A DNA stretch of 55,818 bases, the filler included, from Sphacelaria rigidula (Eukaryota): NCBI GenBank assembly GCA_964200075.2. It is 3 parts of 3 records of this genome, joined end to end, with 100 filler letters (N's around TTAATTAATTAA, not from the genome) between each part and the next. Parts side by side here need not be neighbours in the genome. Positions count along the whole stretch, not along the records: positions 1 to 18,542 come from CAXNAA020000841.1; positions 18,643 to 37,183 come from CAXNAA020000842.1; 1 more part is not named here. One strand, 5' to 3'. Shown here in pieces: positions 11,380-24,000 of the stretch. Position numbers and translations under genes: made by a program. The notes under the pieces were generated by a model. The model did not search any database. It worked only from the letters and a program-made list of their open reading frames with translations, and was not told the origin of the DNA. The number at the start of each line of letters is the position of its first letter. The first letter of the stretch is position 1.

Positions 11380-14300
11380 TGGTACCCGATCGCGTCTCTG
11401 AACGACATGGATGGAGGAAGAGCCCACGCTGTTCAGGTCAGTTGAGGACAGCGAATAGCTTGTTCAATGACGGTACGTACAACAACTGTCACTTGCGCGT
11501 CTTCCGACCCTCCGAAGCCCAGTGTGCGGTGTACCCATCTAACGAGTGTTCTGAACACAGTATTCACTACATGTGTGCAATGTACAACTTGGAGTGGGAG
11601 CATATCTATGGACCAGACCCCATCCTCGTGCAGGGGTGAGCCAGTAGGTTGTGGATCGCCTCTGTTAGTGTGTTGTACACCATCACGGATGTGACGCAAA
11701 CATGGAGGTGTGCTCATATCGCTATCCTCCTGATGAAACATTGATGTTTTGTGTTACCAGATTTCCACAAATGGAAGACTTGTGACCTCTTAACACACCG
11801 CAGCCACGACGTGAGGTTACGTGTAGCTTGCATTTGGGGGAGTCGTCCGTGCTCACGTTTCGGCACTCATTCACGAAGTTATAGAAGCTACACTTTATGT
11901 TTCAATCTTGTCCTGGTCCCGTGATGTGATCTGCGAGTTTGGCAGGCGGCGGTTGTCCTGATTATGAATACGGAGTAATATGCAACGCTGTATCTCTCAC
12001 CCCGTCGTGCAGCGTTCGCAGGTATCATAAGTAGCCGTATATCCGCACAAACACAGACGTATCATTTAAAATGAAGTCGCTTCGAGGGGTGGCTGTCTTG
12101 TAGGAGCGAGCATACAGACACTTCTCTCCCGGAATTGTGATATGCTTCCTATTTACCTCTAGAGTGGTGTTCCATGCTGAATTCTGGTGGTAATCTGTGC
12201 AACTTGTCGTGCTCTTACGTTCGGACATACGACAGTTGCTCGGAAAGAACCTGGTACTGTGGCGTGATGGGCAAGGCGAGTGGGCGTGCTTCGAAGACCG
12301 GTGTCCCCACAGAGCGGCACCGCTATCAGAGGGTCGTGTGGAGGAAGACGGTTCCCTACTGTAAGTTTCGGGGCGCTGCAGGTAGTGCGCGTACGCTTGC
12401 TTTTGTACGTTTCAGGGCGCTGCGGAAAATGCGCATACAATTGCTGTTGTACGTTTCGGGGCGCTGCAGGCAATGCGCATGCTCTTGAATGATTAAGATT
12501 TGCGTTCGAGATTTGGCCCATCATTACGTGTTGCAATGCTGGCACTCGGTCCAACAGAATGTTCTGCGTATAGTCGTATCGCAAGAAAAGGTGGACAGAT
12601 CCCTATTTTCCAACTGCAGATGTCACAAATCCTGTGCGTCGCCCGAGCGCTGAAACATGGATTCACGATCGAGCATTGACGTGTATGGCGTTCGCGCAGG
12701 TGCGCCTACCATGGATGGCGCTTCGATGCTGATGGCAAGTGCCTCAAGATTCCACAGAGCGACCGTGATGGCAGGGACGAAGCTCAGCCCGCTGCTTGCG
12801 CTGCAGCCCATCCAACCAAGGTACATACACCCTTCTTCTCGTAACCCTCATACCCGGCTAAATTCACATGTGCATACTGCTGCCGGGAGGCAGGCGCTGT
12901 GATACGCCGGTTTGTGGAGGAGCATAGCGAGCGACGCGTAACCCTGGTATGTTCTGCACATTTTCGGTACTTGTCGATGATGGTAGGTGGCCCAGGACCT
13001 GATTTGGGTGTGGGGCGAGACAGGTCCAAACGCCAAACTTGAGAGCACCCTTACTCCTATGGCGCTTATCCCGGAGCTCGAGGACGCAGAAGCGGTTAAG
13101 GAAGGGAGAGTCATGGCAACACCTGCCAGTCATAGAGATATGTCGTACGGATGGGACACCACGATGGAGAACCATGTGGTAAGCGATGCCGCACGTGCTT
13201 GCGTTGGTGACTATAGTCGGTGGTACTCGAGACTGTTTGATAGACAACTTTGGTGAAGCCTCGGGTGGATCATTTGATGACACATGCTCAATCGCTGGGG
13301 AGCTTTGGAGCTTTCCCCCCTTCACTTGATTTCCCTCAGTTTATCGTCACTGGTGTTCATGATTCCAAGCTCGAACGCTTGACTGCAGTCGGTGATGTAC
13401 GGTGACCGGGCCATAGGCTCGACTGTCGCAAACGTCTGGCACTCGCTCATAGCTAACTGGGTTGCGGACACACGGTGCATCTTCGACAATCCACTTTTGT
13501 CGCCTCCTACGTTGGATCGCCAACTGTTGCCCGATGATGATCGAACCGCCCCCTCATTTTTGTGTGTTCCCGTTCTTTCTCCTGAACGTCACGCTGGCTG
13601 AGGTTTCAGGATCCAGCGCATGTTCCAGTTTCGCATCACGGTGAGTCGTTTGGTTCGATAATTCTTCCTCGCATCATGGCGACGTAGTGTCGGAGACATC
13701 CCAAGCCCATGTTCGAGCGCCTTCTAGTGCATAAACACTGTAGCCCATCTGCGAGATCCCGATGCTCAGACCTACTGATTCGATCGTGAACTCGAGTGCA
13801 CTGAACTCTCTGTGATTTCCGTGGCGACATGAGTTGAGTGATACGCTGTGATGCACGAAATGAACTACTCAAGAATTTACCGCGGATACTTCATCACTTT
13901 ATTCGTTATTCTATGACCAACACCACTTTAGTCCTGATTTTGGTTGGAAGCGTTCGCTCTCGCTCACAATCGATTTTGGCCCTGAAGCTTGAAAGGCTCT
14001 GGGCGTAGCATACACAACGGTATTCACTATGCTAATTTTTTTGGGGTAGGGGTATGGCACGTAGTAGGGAAAGATTCCAGCATGTGTCCTTCGAGGTCTC
14101 GCCGCTCCTCACACCGGGGACACCATGAGATAACTTTGTATGGTCAGAAGGTCCCGATTTCGAATCCTGGCCTCCACCAACGCGATCAAGAAAGTAGGAA
14201 AGTTGAGCGTGTAACACATGGTGAAATGAGAGACGGGCGAAAAACCTGGTTGTTGACCACCATGCAAGAGTCGGCAAGCTCACAGACAAATGTTTTGCAG

Positions 14301-16630
14301 AGACGGGGCTTGACGATCTAACACACACAAGAAACAAATAAAAACCAGGTGCACAAATACCCTTACCGCTAGCCGGCGGAGAAGGTTACCTCTGTAATGC
14401 GTGCGAGGACCGCGTGCTTAGAGGACCGCATCTGAATTTGAATATCCGTATGGTTGGGGTTAGGGGTAGGGTTAGGGTTAGTGTTGGGGTTAGGGTCTGG
14501 GGCGTGGTACCTGCAGGGACTGGCCTAATTGGTGTAAAAAAATGTCGATCCAGGGGTGTTTTGGACTACGCCGCGGTCCCCTAAACACGCGGTCCTCTCA
14601 CACATTACAACCTCTACAAACCGTTCCTCGTCGAAGACGCACGAAGGGGACCATGGAAGGGGGGGATGATGTGCGTACCCATCACAGAATAGAAGATTTC
14701 CCAGGAGTTTCTGTCGAGACCTCGTTACATTTTTACGATAGAGGAATTTAAATGTAGACACGAGTCGATGTCGACGATTCACTTTCAATGAAATGTGCAG
14801 TCACGTGGGCGAACTACTTAACTCGTGTTTTTGTACGCTTTCAGGCATCGCTGGAGACCGCTACAGAGATGCCAAGCCTCTGCCTTTCGAAACTTCTCAA
14901 GTGACTAAGGCAAGTCTGGATATAAGGTAATTCTGCCAATAGCTCGACCCTTTCATGAGGATGGATCCTTTTTCTCATGGCGTTTTTGTGTCGCTTAATG
15001 TGTACGGAACTAACAATAGCACCCCTGAATTAATAACTTTGGATACGTGCTTCATATTTTTTTTTTAACGTGTATCAGGTGTCATGCTTCCATGTATCAA
15101 ATGTGATGTTCTCAAGGCGCGCGTCTCAAGTTGATGTTCACCTCAACCGTTCCAAGTGGATATTTTATCGTCTCGTCTGGTTCAAATGCGGGGTTGTATC
15201 ATTTTCAGAGACATGCGTTCAATCCACAAGCGTGTGTGGATAATATTCGGCAGAGCCAATGGTGTGAACACCCATACTGGCCGGCGTGGGTCCGCCGAAC
15301 AAGATCGTCATGTCTCAAGCCTTGTGTCGGTGCAACGTGCCCCTTCGGAACAGAAGTTTCCGCCTCGGGTTAAAACAAGTGCCGGTTCACTGATAATTTG
15401 ATGCAGTTTGACATTTTGGAATTTTCGACTCGGAAGAACTATTCTTCGGCTGAGGTATTTCGCACGTGCCCAACACTTGACATACGACTCGGCAAAAAAT
15501 ACGTCACTCTTCTCTCGATTTCAAAACGATCCAGCGACACTCACACATGTACCGTCCGGTTCAAAGCTGGTCATGTCGGACGTGTGCCTTGTGTAAGAAT
15601 GATCAGTGAGAGCTTGCCTTGCACGTCAAAGCCCCAGTCTGTATGTATGCATACGCCAATCAACGATGCAGCCCCACAACAGTACAGCACGTGCAGTGAC
15701 TTCATGCAAGTGCAAGAATACGTACCCATGAAGATCACCCGGTTAATACTTGACAGCTACAAAAGCAATGAACATAACCTACAACTAATGTGAGACACCC
15801 GTACAAGTGTTTTGGGAGGGGATGATGATCCGGGATTTGTTTCAGATCGGGAGCTGCGTTTTTAGAAATTGCGTGAAACCGAGTGTTGAGCATGCCAAAT
15901 TTTTATACGCAACCACTTCACCGTATGATTATTCGACAGGCCTTCCTCAACAACGAGTGTAAGCGTTACGAGATGTACATCGCGTAGGACGGGCCATGAA
16001 GCCTCGATGACGCTTCCACGACGAAAGCTTTGATGTTGTGCTACGTCGAACATCTGTTGCACTGTATTGTTTTTGCAGGACGGGTTTGTGTTGCAAGGTT
16101 CGAACCGCTACACCCTGTTCAAACCTCCAGTGCTGGTGAGGGTATCGAAATCAGTTTGTGGCATTGTTTCGAGCTGCGGTGAACAACTCTGCTGTGGCGA
16201 GTGCTGGTTTGTAGGCCCATTGCACGGTTGAAGGGGGTGGGTGTTCTTGTATGGTGTCAAGAAAAGCCGCGGTGGCGTTTTTTTCATTTAGCCGGGACGT
16301 CACGGGGGCGCTTTCGAAAAAAGTTATTTACCGTTAGCGAGTTCTCGGGTACTGCGAGGTGTATCTCGTGCATGTACGAGTGTGAACGCGAACCACCGTT
16401 TCAGGGAGGCTCCTTGCAATGTTGGTTGTGCCGTATTCCGAGTATCCACTCTTGATGTGCGCGGGTTCTTACTCTGTCCATCGCTTGTCATTCTTTGTCC
16501 CCTGTTGATACCTCCACCGATTTTTTCCAAGACAATGCCATCGCAGTCTCTGCCTGGTGGTGGCGAGCTGAAATTCGTCCTGTATGCCACCCCCGTCAGA
16601 CCAGGCGTGACTCGTCTCCTTCGTCGTCAG
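11380..16630 (+). CDS. Rieske [2Fe-2S] non-heme iron oxygenase, pheophorbide a oxygenase (PAO/TIC55/PTC52)-like; spliced, 5' and 3' incomplete
   Basis: Phase-consistent exons: 11380-11436 (WYPIASLNDMDGGRAHAVQ); 12236-12360 (LLGKNLVLWRDGQGEWACFEDRCPHRAAPLSEGRV); 12700-12820 (CAYHGWRFDADGKCLKIPQ); 12987-13178 (QDLIWVWG...RDMSYGWDTTMENHV); 13610-13640 (DPAHVPVSHHG); 14845-14909 or -14900 (GIAGDRYRDAKPL); 16079-16135 (DGFV...FKPPVL); 16532 or 16547-16630 (LYATPVRPGVTRLLRRQ). The Rieske CxH...CxxH and mononuclear Fe ENxxDxxHxxxxH motifs are intact. A further exon may start at 16950. Confidence 0.9.
14393..14609. mobile_element. MITE with TG...CA TIRs, 5-bp TSD and internal telomere-like repeats
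   Basis: TIRs tgtaatgcgtgcgaggaccgcgtgcttag / ctaaacacgcggtcctctcacacattaca. TSD ACCTC at 14388-14392 and 14610-14614. TTAGGG-like run at about 14454-14495. Confidence 0.85.
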
Positions 16631-17077
16631 GTGTGTTGTCACCGTGCTCTTCCGGAACCCTCCACTGAGCTGGGTCAGCCTGTAACCACGATGACCGTTT
16701 GCGTAGCTCTGAACCGTATGGTGTAATTCATGTCACCGCCCGCGATTGGATGTTGTGTTTCCACGTATCGCGACCGTTGGATAGTCACGCCTCGTTGCTG
16801 CTACATCAACAGCTCGAGCGGGCAAGGCTGCTGCACCATCGCCTGGGTATGTTTCAGGGCGATAAGTTACTAGTTCGCCTGTGAATAATTGACGTACTCG
16901 CCTCACAGCGTCGATTTGTTCCCATGTGCCACTCACCCCGACGTCGCAGGTTGTGGTGGCGAAAGCGAGCAGCGGCCAGAAAGTACGCTTTGGACCCAAA
17001 AGGTTAGACAGGCTATACTTCGTGTGGGGCATGTCCGCACAGTAGAGCGCTTGCTGTGTGTACAGGTAGCTTCGGTA

Positions 17078-17370
17078 CACGGGTGGCCACTGGGGTCTGT
17101 AACCTGGCCGTTTTGGAACCTTATCCACCTTTGGTAAGGTCCGCGGGTTAGGGGGACAACTGAAGAGCATTCGCACAGCATGGACAGGTTCGAAACAAAA
17201 CATGTCCCAGTCTATAGGCGGGTGACTCCCCTGTAGACTGGGACATGTTTTGTTTGGATCCTGTCCATGCTGTGCGAATGCTCTTTAGTTGTCCCCCTAA
17301 TCCGCGGACCTCACCAAAGGTGGATAAGGTCCCAAAATGGCCAGGTTACAGACCCCAGTGGCCACCCGTG
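17078..17370. mobile_element. 293-bp palindromic MITE, TA TSD (Tc1/mariner-type)
   Basis: TA-CACGGGTGGCCACTGGGGTCTGTAACC...GGTTACAGACCCCAGTGGCCACCCGTG-TA. Nearly the whole element folds back on itself. Confidence 0.92.
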
Positions 17371-17537
17371 TAGGAATAAGCAAGGTACCAGCGCAATGAC
17401 CAGAATATCTTGTTCGCACGCTATATTTTGTTGTTCAGCATTGAGAGTGAGAGCTTGTCACGGCACTTTTTATTTTGATCGAAAAAGTGCGGTGAACCAA
17501 TTCCGAAAACGATAAGTTGTTCCCGATCTCACGAACA

Positions 17538-17822
17538 TGTTTTCTTTGTGCGTCAAAAACGTGCGGTGGAACCGAATTCGCTCGTATCTGATGCGTCCCG
17601 CGGCATTCGTGTCTCAGATGCGTGCAATATCATTTTGTAATGATGTGAGCGCGACTGGCAGAGTGAAAAACAGAAAATATTAGCTTTTAGAAACGTAAGA
17701 TGTCAAAACCACCGACACATTTTTCGCACGCCGACTAGCGGGGGAAGCTCGACCGCATACACGACGCATCAGAAACGAGCGAATTCGGTTTCACCACACG
17801 TTTTCGACGCAGAAAACAAAAT
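17538..17822. repeat. inverted repeat pair, probable old MITE
   Basis: gcgtcaaaaacgtgcggtggaaccgaattcgctcgtatctgatgcgtc (about 17550-17598) pairs with gacgcatcagaaacgagcgaattcggtttcaccacacgttttcgacgc (about 17763-17810). Confidence 0.6.
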
Positions 17823-18542
17823 GATAAGACACGGCCTGACGGAAAAACGTCATTTTGGAGTATGGAAAAGTGAGAGTGGAGGAACAATTCGATGAGGATA
17901 CGAACGTATCGTAAAATGGTCGCCACGATTGAGCTGTTCGGCTCTTTATGGGGTACACAGCTGGCTTCCCCATCGACAGCAGCAGCCACGCCTGCTTTAG
18001 TCTCATGACCAGCGATAACTACACGTTTTTTACTCTCATCACCGGTATAGCATTAAATTTTTGAGCAGCATCACGACTTTTCCCGGCGCGTCATTTCTCG
18101 TGACAAGGGAATTGTGAATCGTCGTTTCACTGTCATGCTCATCATGTCATTCTCACCTCTCTTGTTTTATGAACCCTGCTTGGACAGCGAGAGTAGGCCA
18201 ATTGTTGAATTGTCATCACTTTCACTCGACAAAAAGATGCATGATCCAGATTGACTTCCCTCGCGGTCTAAGGGTTACACACCCTGGACAAAACAATATG
18301 TTTCCAATATATATTACTCGATAATATTGGAATTTTGCGATATATTGCCGGTGTAATATATATTTGTACCCTTAGACTGCACATGTATTGCGCGCCCAAT
18401 ATATATATTGATGTCGTGGGACTAAATAGATACTGCCCGCCCAATATATATATTGGTACTAACAGCCGATCATATATTCGGATCGCCGAAATTCCCCGAA
18501 ATTGGATTTTCCCGTAGGACCCCAACATATCGGTTATTGACA

Positions 18543-18642
18543 NNNNNNNNNNNNNNNNNNNNNNNNNNNNNNNNNNNNNNNNNNNNTTAATTAATTAANN
18601 NNNNNNNNNNNNNNNNNNNNNNNNNNNNNNNNNNNNNNNNNN
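18543..18642. other. assembly gap with artificial TTAATTAATTAA linker
   Basis: 44 N, then ttaattaattaa (18587-18598), then 44 N. The same construct occurs at 37184-37283. Confidence 0.97.
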
Positions 18643-18819
18643 CCGCAGTTCCTCGGGTAACAAGAGCCATTCCAAATATCTGGACGTAGTTTCGAGAACC
18701 GAACCTATTTGTTTTCATACCGTAGCTGTTCCGAATTGGAGTACATAATACCATGTTGTCACCGTGTGTGACCGCTCGCCATACGCTCTGCAGACGGAAG
18801 TCAGTAGAGTAGAGCAACG

Positions 18820-19590
18820 AAAGCTCCAGGTTGCAGCTGACGCACCCCTCTGCACCACGCTAGCAACCGTTAGGTCACCAGCATAGATATATTTTTTCGC
18901 TCCGCATGTCAAGAAGATCTCCACCCGTTTTCGATCTCTCTCACACCCCCCCCCCCACTGGCCTGTGGCAGGCTCTTGTAGTCGGGCGCCAGGATGGTGA
19001 GATATGTCAGGGTAAAATCAACGATGAATATCACCCCCAAGTTCAAATTGGATCACCTGTTATATTTGCCGCAGCGCACCGTCCTTGCTGGCATGTGTGT
19101 GACAGAGAACAGTGGTAGCGATGACGGGAACATTGCCCTGTTTTTCAGCGCACAAAAGCGCGTCCTGTCCCGAAAGAGAGGCAGAGAGAAATCGATCTTC
19201 GCATTGGTGACCTCCAGAGACAAAGAGACGAAATCTCTCCGTAGCTCGGTGTTCTTTGGGGATACCTACCGGCACATGAGAAATTCGGTACGTGCTGGTA
19301 ACATGCATGATGCCAGTCTCTCGAGCGATTGGTAATCGCCCAGCGAGGGCACACAAAGGACACGGGCGAGGAGCTTCCTCTCCGTCGTTGCTTCTCTCTC
19401 TGGTGATATCGTCATCGACACGCGTGTACACCGCAGTCGTTCGGTGCATTTAGCCACAACTGATTATTCAAAGTTGCAGAATTTTGGGGGGAACGATGGT
19501 TTCGCTCTGTGTTACTGTTTCGCGTCGTCCCTGCAAAAAAGATATGCTACTTGAACCTCATTTTTGAGATCGACCGTATTTTTCGAGATT
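18820..19590. repeat. dispersed repeat of about 0.8 kb, copy A (copy B at about 27820-28690)
   Basis: Colinear shared segments include gttaggtcacca, accgtcct(t/c)gctggcatgtgtgtg, gacgggaacattgccctgtt, acacaaaggacacgggcgaggagcttcctct and ttagccacaactg. Confidence 0.85.
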
Positions 19591-19699
19591 CGCTGTTAAT
19601 TAGGTTCGACATAATTATCGCAAAAATTGGTGTTCGACGGATGTGACCGAGTTACAATGAAACACGTTTGCTGCTCCTCCCCCCCCCCCCCCCCTACAC

Positions 19700-19860
19700 A
19701 CACATGATTCTCGCCGAAATCGACAATGACTACGAGAACGGCAGACGAAGCTCGCAGATAGGAGCGATCACGAAACAGAGCAAGCCAAGCAGCGAAAACT
19801 TCGCCGAATCTTTTTCGGCGATGACCTTCCACGCCCTGGTCCCTTGGGGAGTAACACCTG
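19700..19860 (-). pseudogene. pogo/Fot1-type transposase remnant, DDE_1 segment left of the Copia insertion
   Basis: The minus strand reads EVFAAWLALFRDRSYLRASSAVLVVIVDFGENH, matching the DDE_1 pattern 'F..WL..F...vLLi.DgH.SH'. It is preceded by a pyrimidine-rich tract and AG, suggesting an intron end. Confidence 0.55.
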
Positions 19861-19965
19861 CGGCGAAGATATCTACGAGTGGCGGGTGTAGGGGCGGGGG
19901 CGGGTCGGGGCACGGTAGAGAAAAGTACACCGAGTATCGGGTGGTACACACAGTACTGGCACCAC

Positions 19966-20415
19966 TGTTGGAATATTCAATGTCAGTCATTGGTAACGAC
20001 TACTATCTATCGTAGGTTATCGTCAACAAGTAAGAAATCATTTGAGTGTTCCAGAAATAGTCTGCGGTATATCCTGCGGTACATCATGTTTCCACAACAA
20101 GTTGTCGGGGGATTAATCGGGAGTTATCGGTTGTAATATCCCGCGAGTGTTCTAGACGCGTGGAAGTCCTGGAAGTCCATTAGCTGATCGGTAGGCTCGC
20201 ACACTTGGTGCTCGCCCACCTGATCACTCCTCTACTACTTCTCTTCTCATACTCTTCTCTTCCATGAGTTAGAGTCTTCGGCCACATAAGCGCCACGTTC
20301 AACATCTCTATTCTCAAGTCAAGTGACTTAACCGTCACTCTCTGCACCTCTACATAAACTGTAGAAGACAGTTGCCACATCGGCACGCCACCAAAAGTGA
20401 AGCCATATCCCTTCA
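19966..20415 (+). repeat. 5' LTR (450 bp)
   Basis: tgttggaatattc...gccatatcccttca; a direct repeat of 25648-26209 once the 112-bp MITE plus TA is removed. Confidence 0.95.
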
Positions 20416-21083
20416 GGGTATGAGCCTCGAGCTTCATCAATAAGCAGAGCACGGAGTCACAGCGTCGTCAGCGATCAACACGTTCTCAAGAAGATCGGCA
20501 TCGCTCTTCCAAGCAGAAGACGGACATCGCATCAACGGGAACTTCAAGTCCTTTCCCGTCAATCAAATTCAAGTTCTGTGGAGGTCCATCAAGATCAGGC
20601 GCGTCGGCATCATCCACGTCGCCAAGAGACATCACTACAGCAGTTCAATGGAGTCAGCTCAAGACGCTCATCTCGCTAGTGAGCACCTTCGGTCATCAAC
20701 AAGATCGACAATCGACCGCATCGCATCGGCAAGTTCCGAGCTATTACTCCGCAATTTTGTTGCGTGAGATTTGTTTCGAGAAAACAGAGATACGTCATCA
20801 TCAGCAACGACACTCAGCTACGTCGTCTTCAGCTACGACATCATCAGTTCGGCAGGTTCTTCTAGCAACACTAGCCGAGAGGTAAGGACTTCGGATCCAT
20901 CAAGCCTATCAAGTGGCATTCGCAGCCAACACCCGTGGGTAACTCACACCTGGGTGCATCATCATCTTCTGCTGAGAGACGGTCAGCTTCTCTTGGGATT
21001 TTTCAAAGTCATCGTACGACTGCTGTACGAGTACACGTCATCTACACGGACGGCAGCAGCAACAGCAACAGGATCACCGCAGC

Positions 21084-24000
21084 ATGGGGGAGCCACTGAC
21101 GAATGCTGCTGCGGCGGACGCAGTGGACAAGCTCGTCAAGGCTGTTGGCGGAAAGTTCAACGGGACGGACTTCGATGTCTAGTCCCGCACAGCACAGACT
21201 GTGATCAGCATGCGACATTCGGGCATTGCAGACATCCTGGACGGCAGACCATGTCCGCCGACCATTTACAAGAAGACCAAGGGCAAAGCTGGCAAGCGCA
21301 ATAAACAAGCAACCTCAAGCATCGAAGATGAAGAAGAGGATGAAGACAAGGATGCAGCAGAAGACCCAGCACTGCATCCCGAGCAACAGCAGCAGCTTGC
21401 ACTAGATGAGCCGACTTCAACAAGCGGCGAGGCTCCTACTTCTGTGATGTAGGAGATGGATGACAACGTCCACAACGTCGAGGACATCCGGGAGTGGCAC
21501 ATGGCCAACAAGATCCTGTTTCACTTCCTGTTCTTGAGTACGGCAGGATCGGCAGCAAGCTTTCTCCTAAAGTACAAGCCTAGACCAGGCATTTTGCCAA
21601 ACGGCATCGCCGCTTAGAATGGTCTTGTGGGATAACACAAGAAACCTTCACGCCAACGGCGTCGAATTATGGCAAAAAGGCTGTCTAACATGAGAATACA
21701 GCAAGGTCAAGACCCGGACGTTTTCTGCAACGAGCTATTTCCCTTGCGAGATGAACTGGCGGAGATGGGTCGAGTGATTACGGACGACGAGATACTGGAC
21801 ATTATCCTGGATGAGCTGACGGACAAGTACGCCCAGATTCAACTGCTTGCGGAATCGCAAGGCATTTTCAGTTTCGAGGACGCCATGTTCACCATGAGGA
21901 ACATGACCGCAAACCGTGTCGCAGAAAACGGGCTTTCACGTGCAGCGAAGGGTAGCACCTTGGCGATGACCGCCATAACGGCAAAATACTGCAACTACTG
22001 CAAAAAGCCTGGTCATGACATCAATAACTGCTTTAAGCGAAACCGCAACAAGAGCACAAGAAACAACGGAGGGGAAAGAAGTAACTGGTGGTGCTCCTTG
22101 CACAAAACCAGTCTTCACGACAATTCGACCTGCAAGGCGCAACAACACTGGGGCAACGATCCTGACGATCAGCGGCAGCAAGGGCAGCGCGGCCGAGGAC
22201 CATGTCACAACAGCGGACCACGGCAGCAACGACACTCCCGCTCCAGCGACAGCGGACAAGGACGCTTCAGCAACAGCGGACAAGGCCGCTTCAACAACAA
22301 CAGTGGACAAGGAGGCATGAACAACAACAGCGGACAAGGTGGTAACAACAACAACACCAACGCAGCAGCACACACAGCAACAGCGACACCGGGGTCTACT
22401 ACTGTGGTGGGACACTACAACACAGCCGGATCATCTACTCTAACTTCCGCGACTGCCACCACTCGACAGGCTTCAGATCCATCGCCTTCAGACCCTTCAC
22501 CTCCTGCCGGAATGGGTTACTCCTTCGTCACCACCAGCAGCCTGAACACCGCCGCTGCTCCTTCGCGCTTCACCATGACTGTCGACACCGGCGCCAGCAA
22601 CCACGTCGTCGACCCTGACTTGCTTCCAAATCTTCAGCACCGGATGATCAAGTATCAGAAGTACGACCCGCCGATCGTCATCAACGTCGCCGACAAGGGT
22701 AAACTCCACGGCACCGGCAGAGGAAAAACGAAGGTCGTCACCCGGGACCAAACCGGGGCCGAGCATAAGGTCCTGCCGCCCTTCACCATCGCACCAGGGC
22801 TGGGTCGTCACCTGTTCTCGGGAGGAACAGCAGTGCAAAGAGGGATGTCATTGGTTTTTTATTATCTCTCTCTCATTAGAATGGGAAACTTCAGGCTGCC
22901 TCTTCGACAGGACAGCTCCTGCACCATCATGTACTACTTGGACCTGGCTATCGCACCGGACAGCATCTGCACTCAACACGGTTTTATAACCGTCTCCGGT
23001 GCAAACCTGCCGTCTGAAAGAGCGAATATAGCATCCAGTGCCTCTTTAATCCAGGACACGGAAAAGGAAACAGCATGTGCCACCTCAACGGCTGCATCGA
23101 TGGCCAACACGTGGCATCAGCGACTCGGACATCCCAATGCCCAAGTGCTACTACAAGTCGGGCGGATAAAAGAGAGCGGGGTCGCGTTTTCCGACTCCTT
23201 TTCAGCGTGCGGGACGTGCAAGATAAACAAAAGCACAGAGGGGGATCATCCCAAGACCAGGAGCACAGGCGCCACGCAACGACTTCAACTCGTCAGCACG
23301 GACCGTCTAGGGCCCGTCACTCCAACTGCGATCTGTGGCTACCAGTACATGGCCAAGTTTACCGATCATTACTCCAGGCTCAAGGCCGTCTACTTCCTCG
23401 AGAGGAAAAGTGACGCCCTTTCTTCTCTAGTACGGTTCGTTCAAGACCTCGCCATCCACTCGGTCTACGGGTACAACATCTACATTCGGAAAACGGCGGG
23501 GAATATGTCAGCACTGCGTTCCGCGACTACTGCAATACTACGGGGATCACACAGCAGTTCAGCTCCCCGCACACGCCGCAACAAAACGGCATATCGGAGC
23601 GCGACGGGCGGACCATCATGGACATGACCCGCTGCCTCCTGAACGAAGCGGGTCTGCCTAAGCACCTATGGGAGGAGATTGCGGCAACTGCGGTATTCCT
23701 CATAAACCGCCTACCGCACAAGGCTCTACAAGGGGACACGCCCTAACATCGCATGTTTGGCAAGCAGGCAAACCTTTCCTTTCTTCGGATCATCGGTTCC
23801 AGGGCCTTCGTCGACGTCGAAGGTCATACCACCACGCTGCAGCCAAAAGCGTGGGAAGGTGTTTTGGTTGGCTACAACGACGAAAGCCCAATCTTTCGTA
23901 TCTACGATCGGGCTACGGGACGCATTACAACCTACCGGAATGTCACCTTCATCGAGCCGGTTCTGGAACCCCTGAGCTGTACAAATCTTCCGGAAAGTGA

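Noticed and set aside
11218..11445. ORF with CQLAQLV repeats
   Set aside because: It is a translation of an intronic or upstream minisatellite; only 11380-11436 is supported as exon.
14454..14495. Chromosome end or telomere fusion site
   Set aside because: The repeats are short, degenerate and internal to a TSD-bounded MITE present twice in the window.
18587..18598. TTAATTAATTAA palindrome inside N runs (also 37228-37239)
   Set aside because: It is an artificial all-frame stop linker used when joining contigs, not biological sequence.
21936..22838. Antisense and alternative-frame ORFs within the Copia element
   Set aside because: They are shadow ORFs of the GC-rich gag-pol frame.
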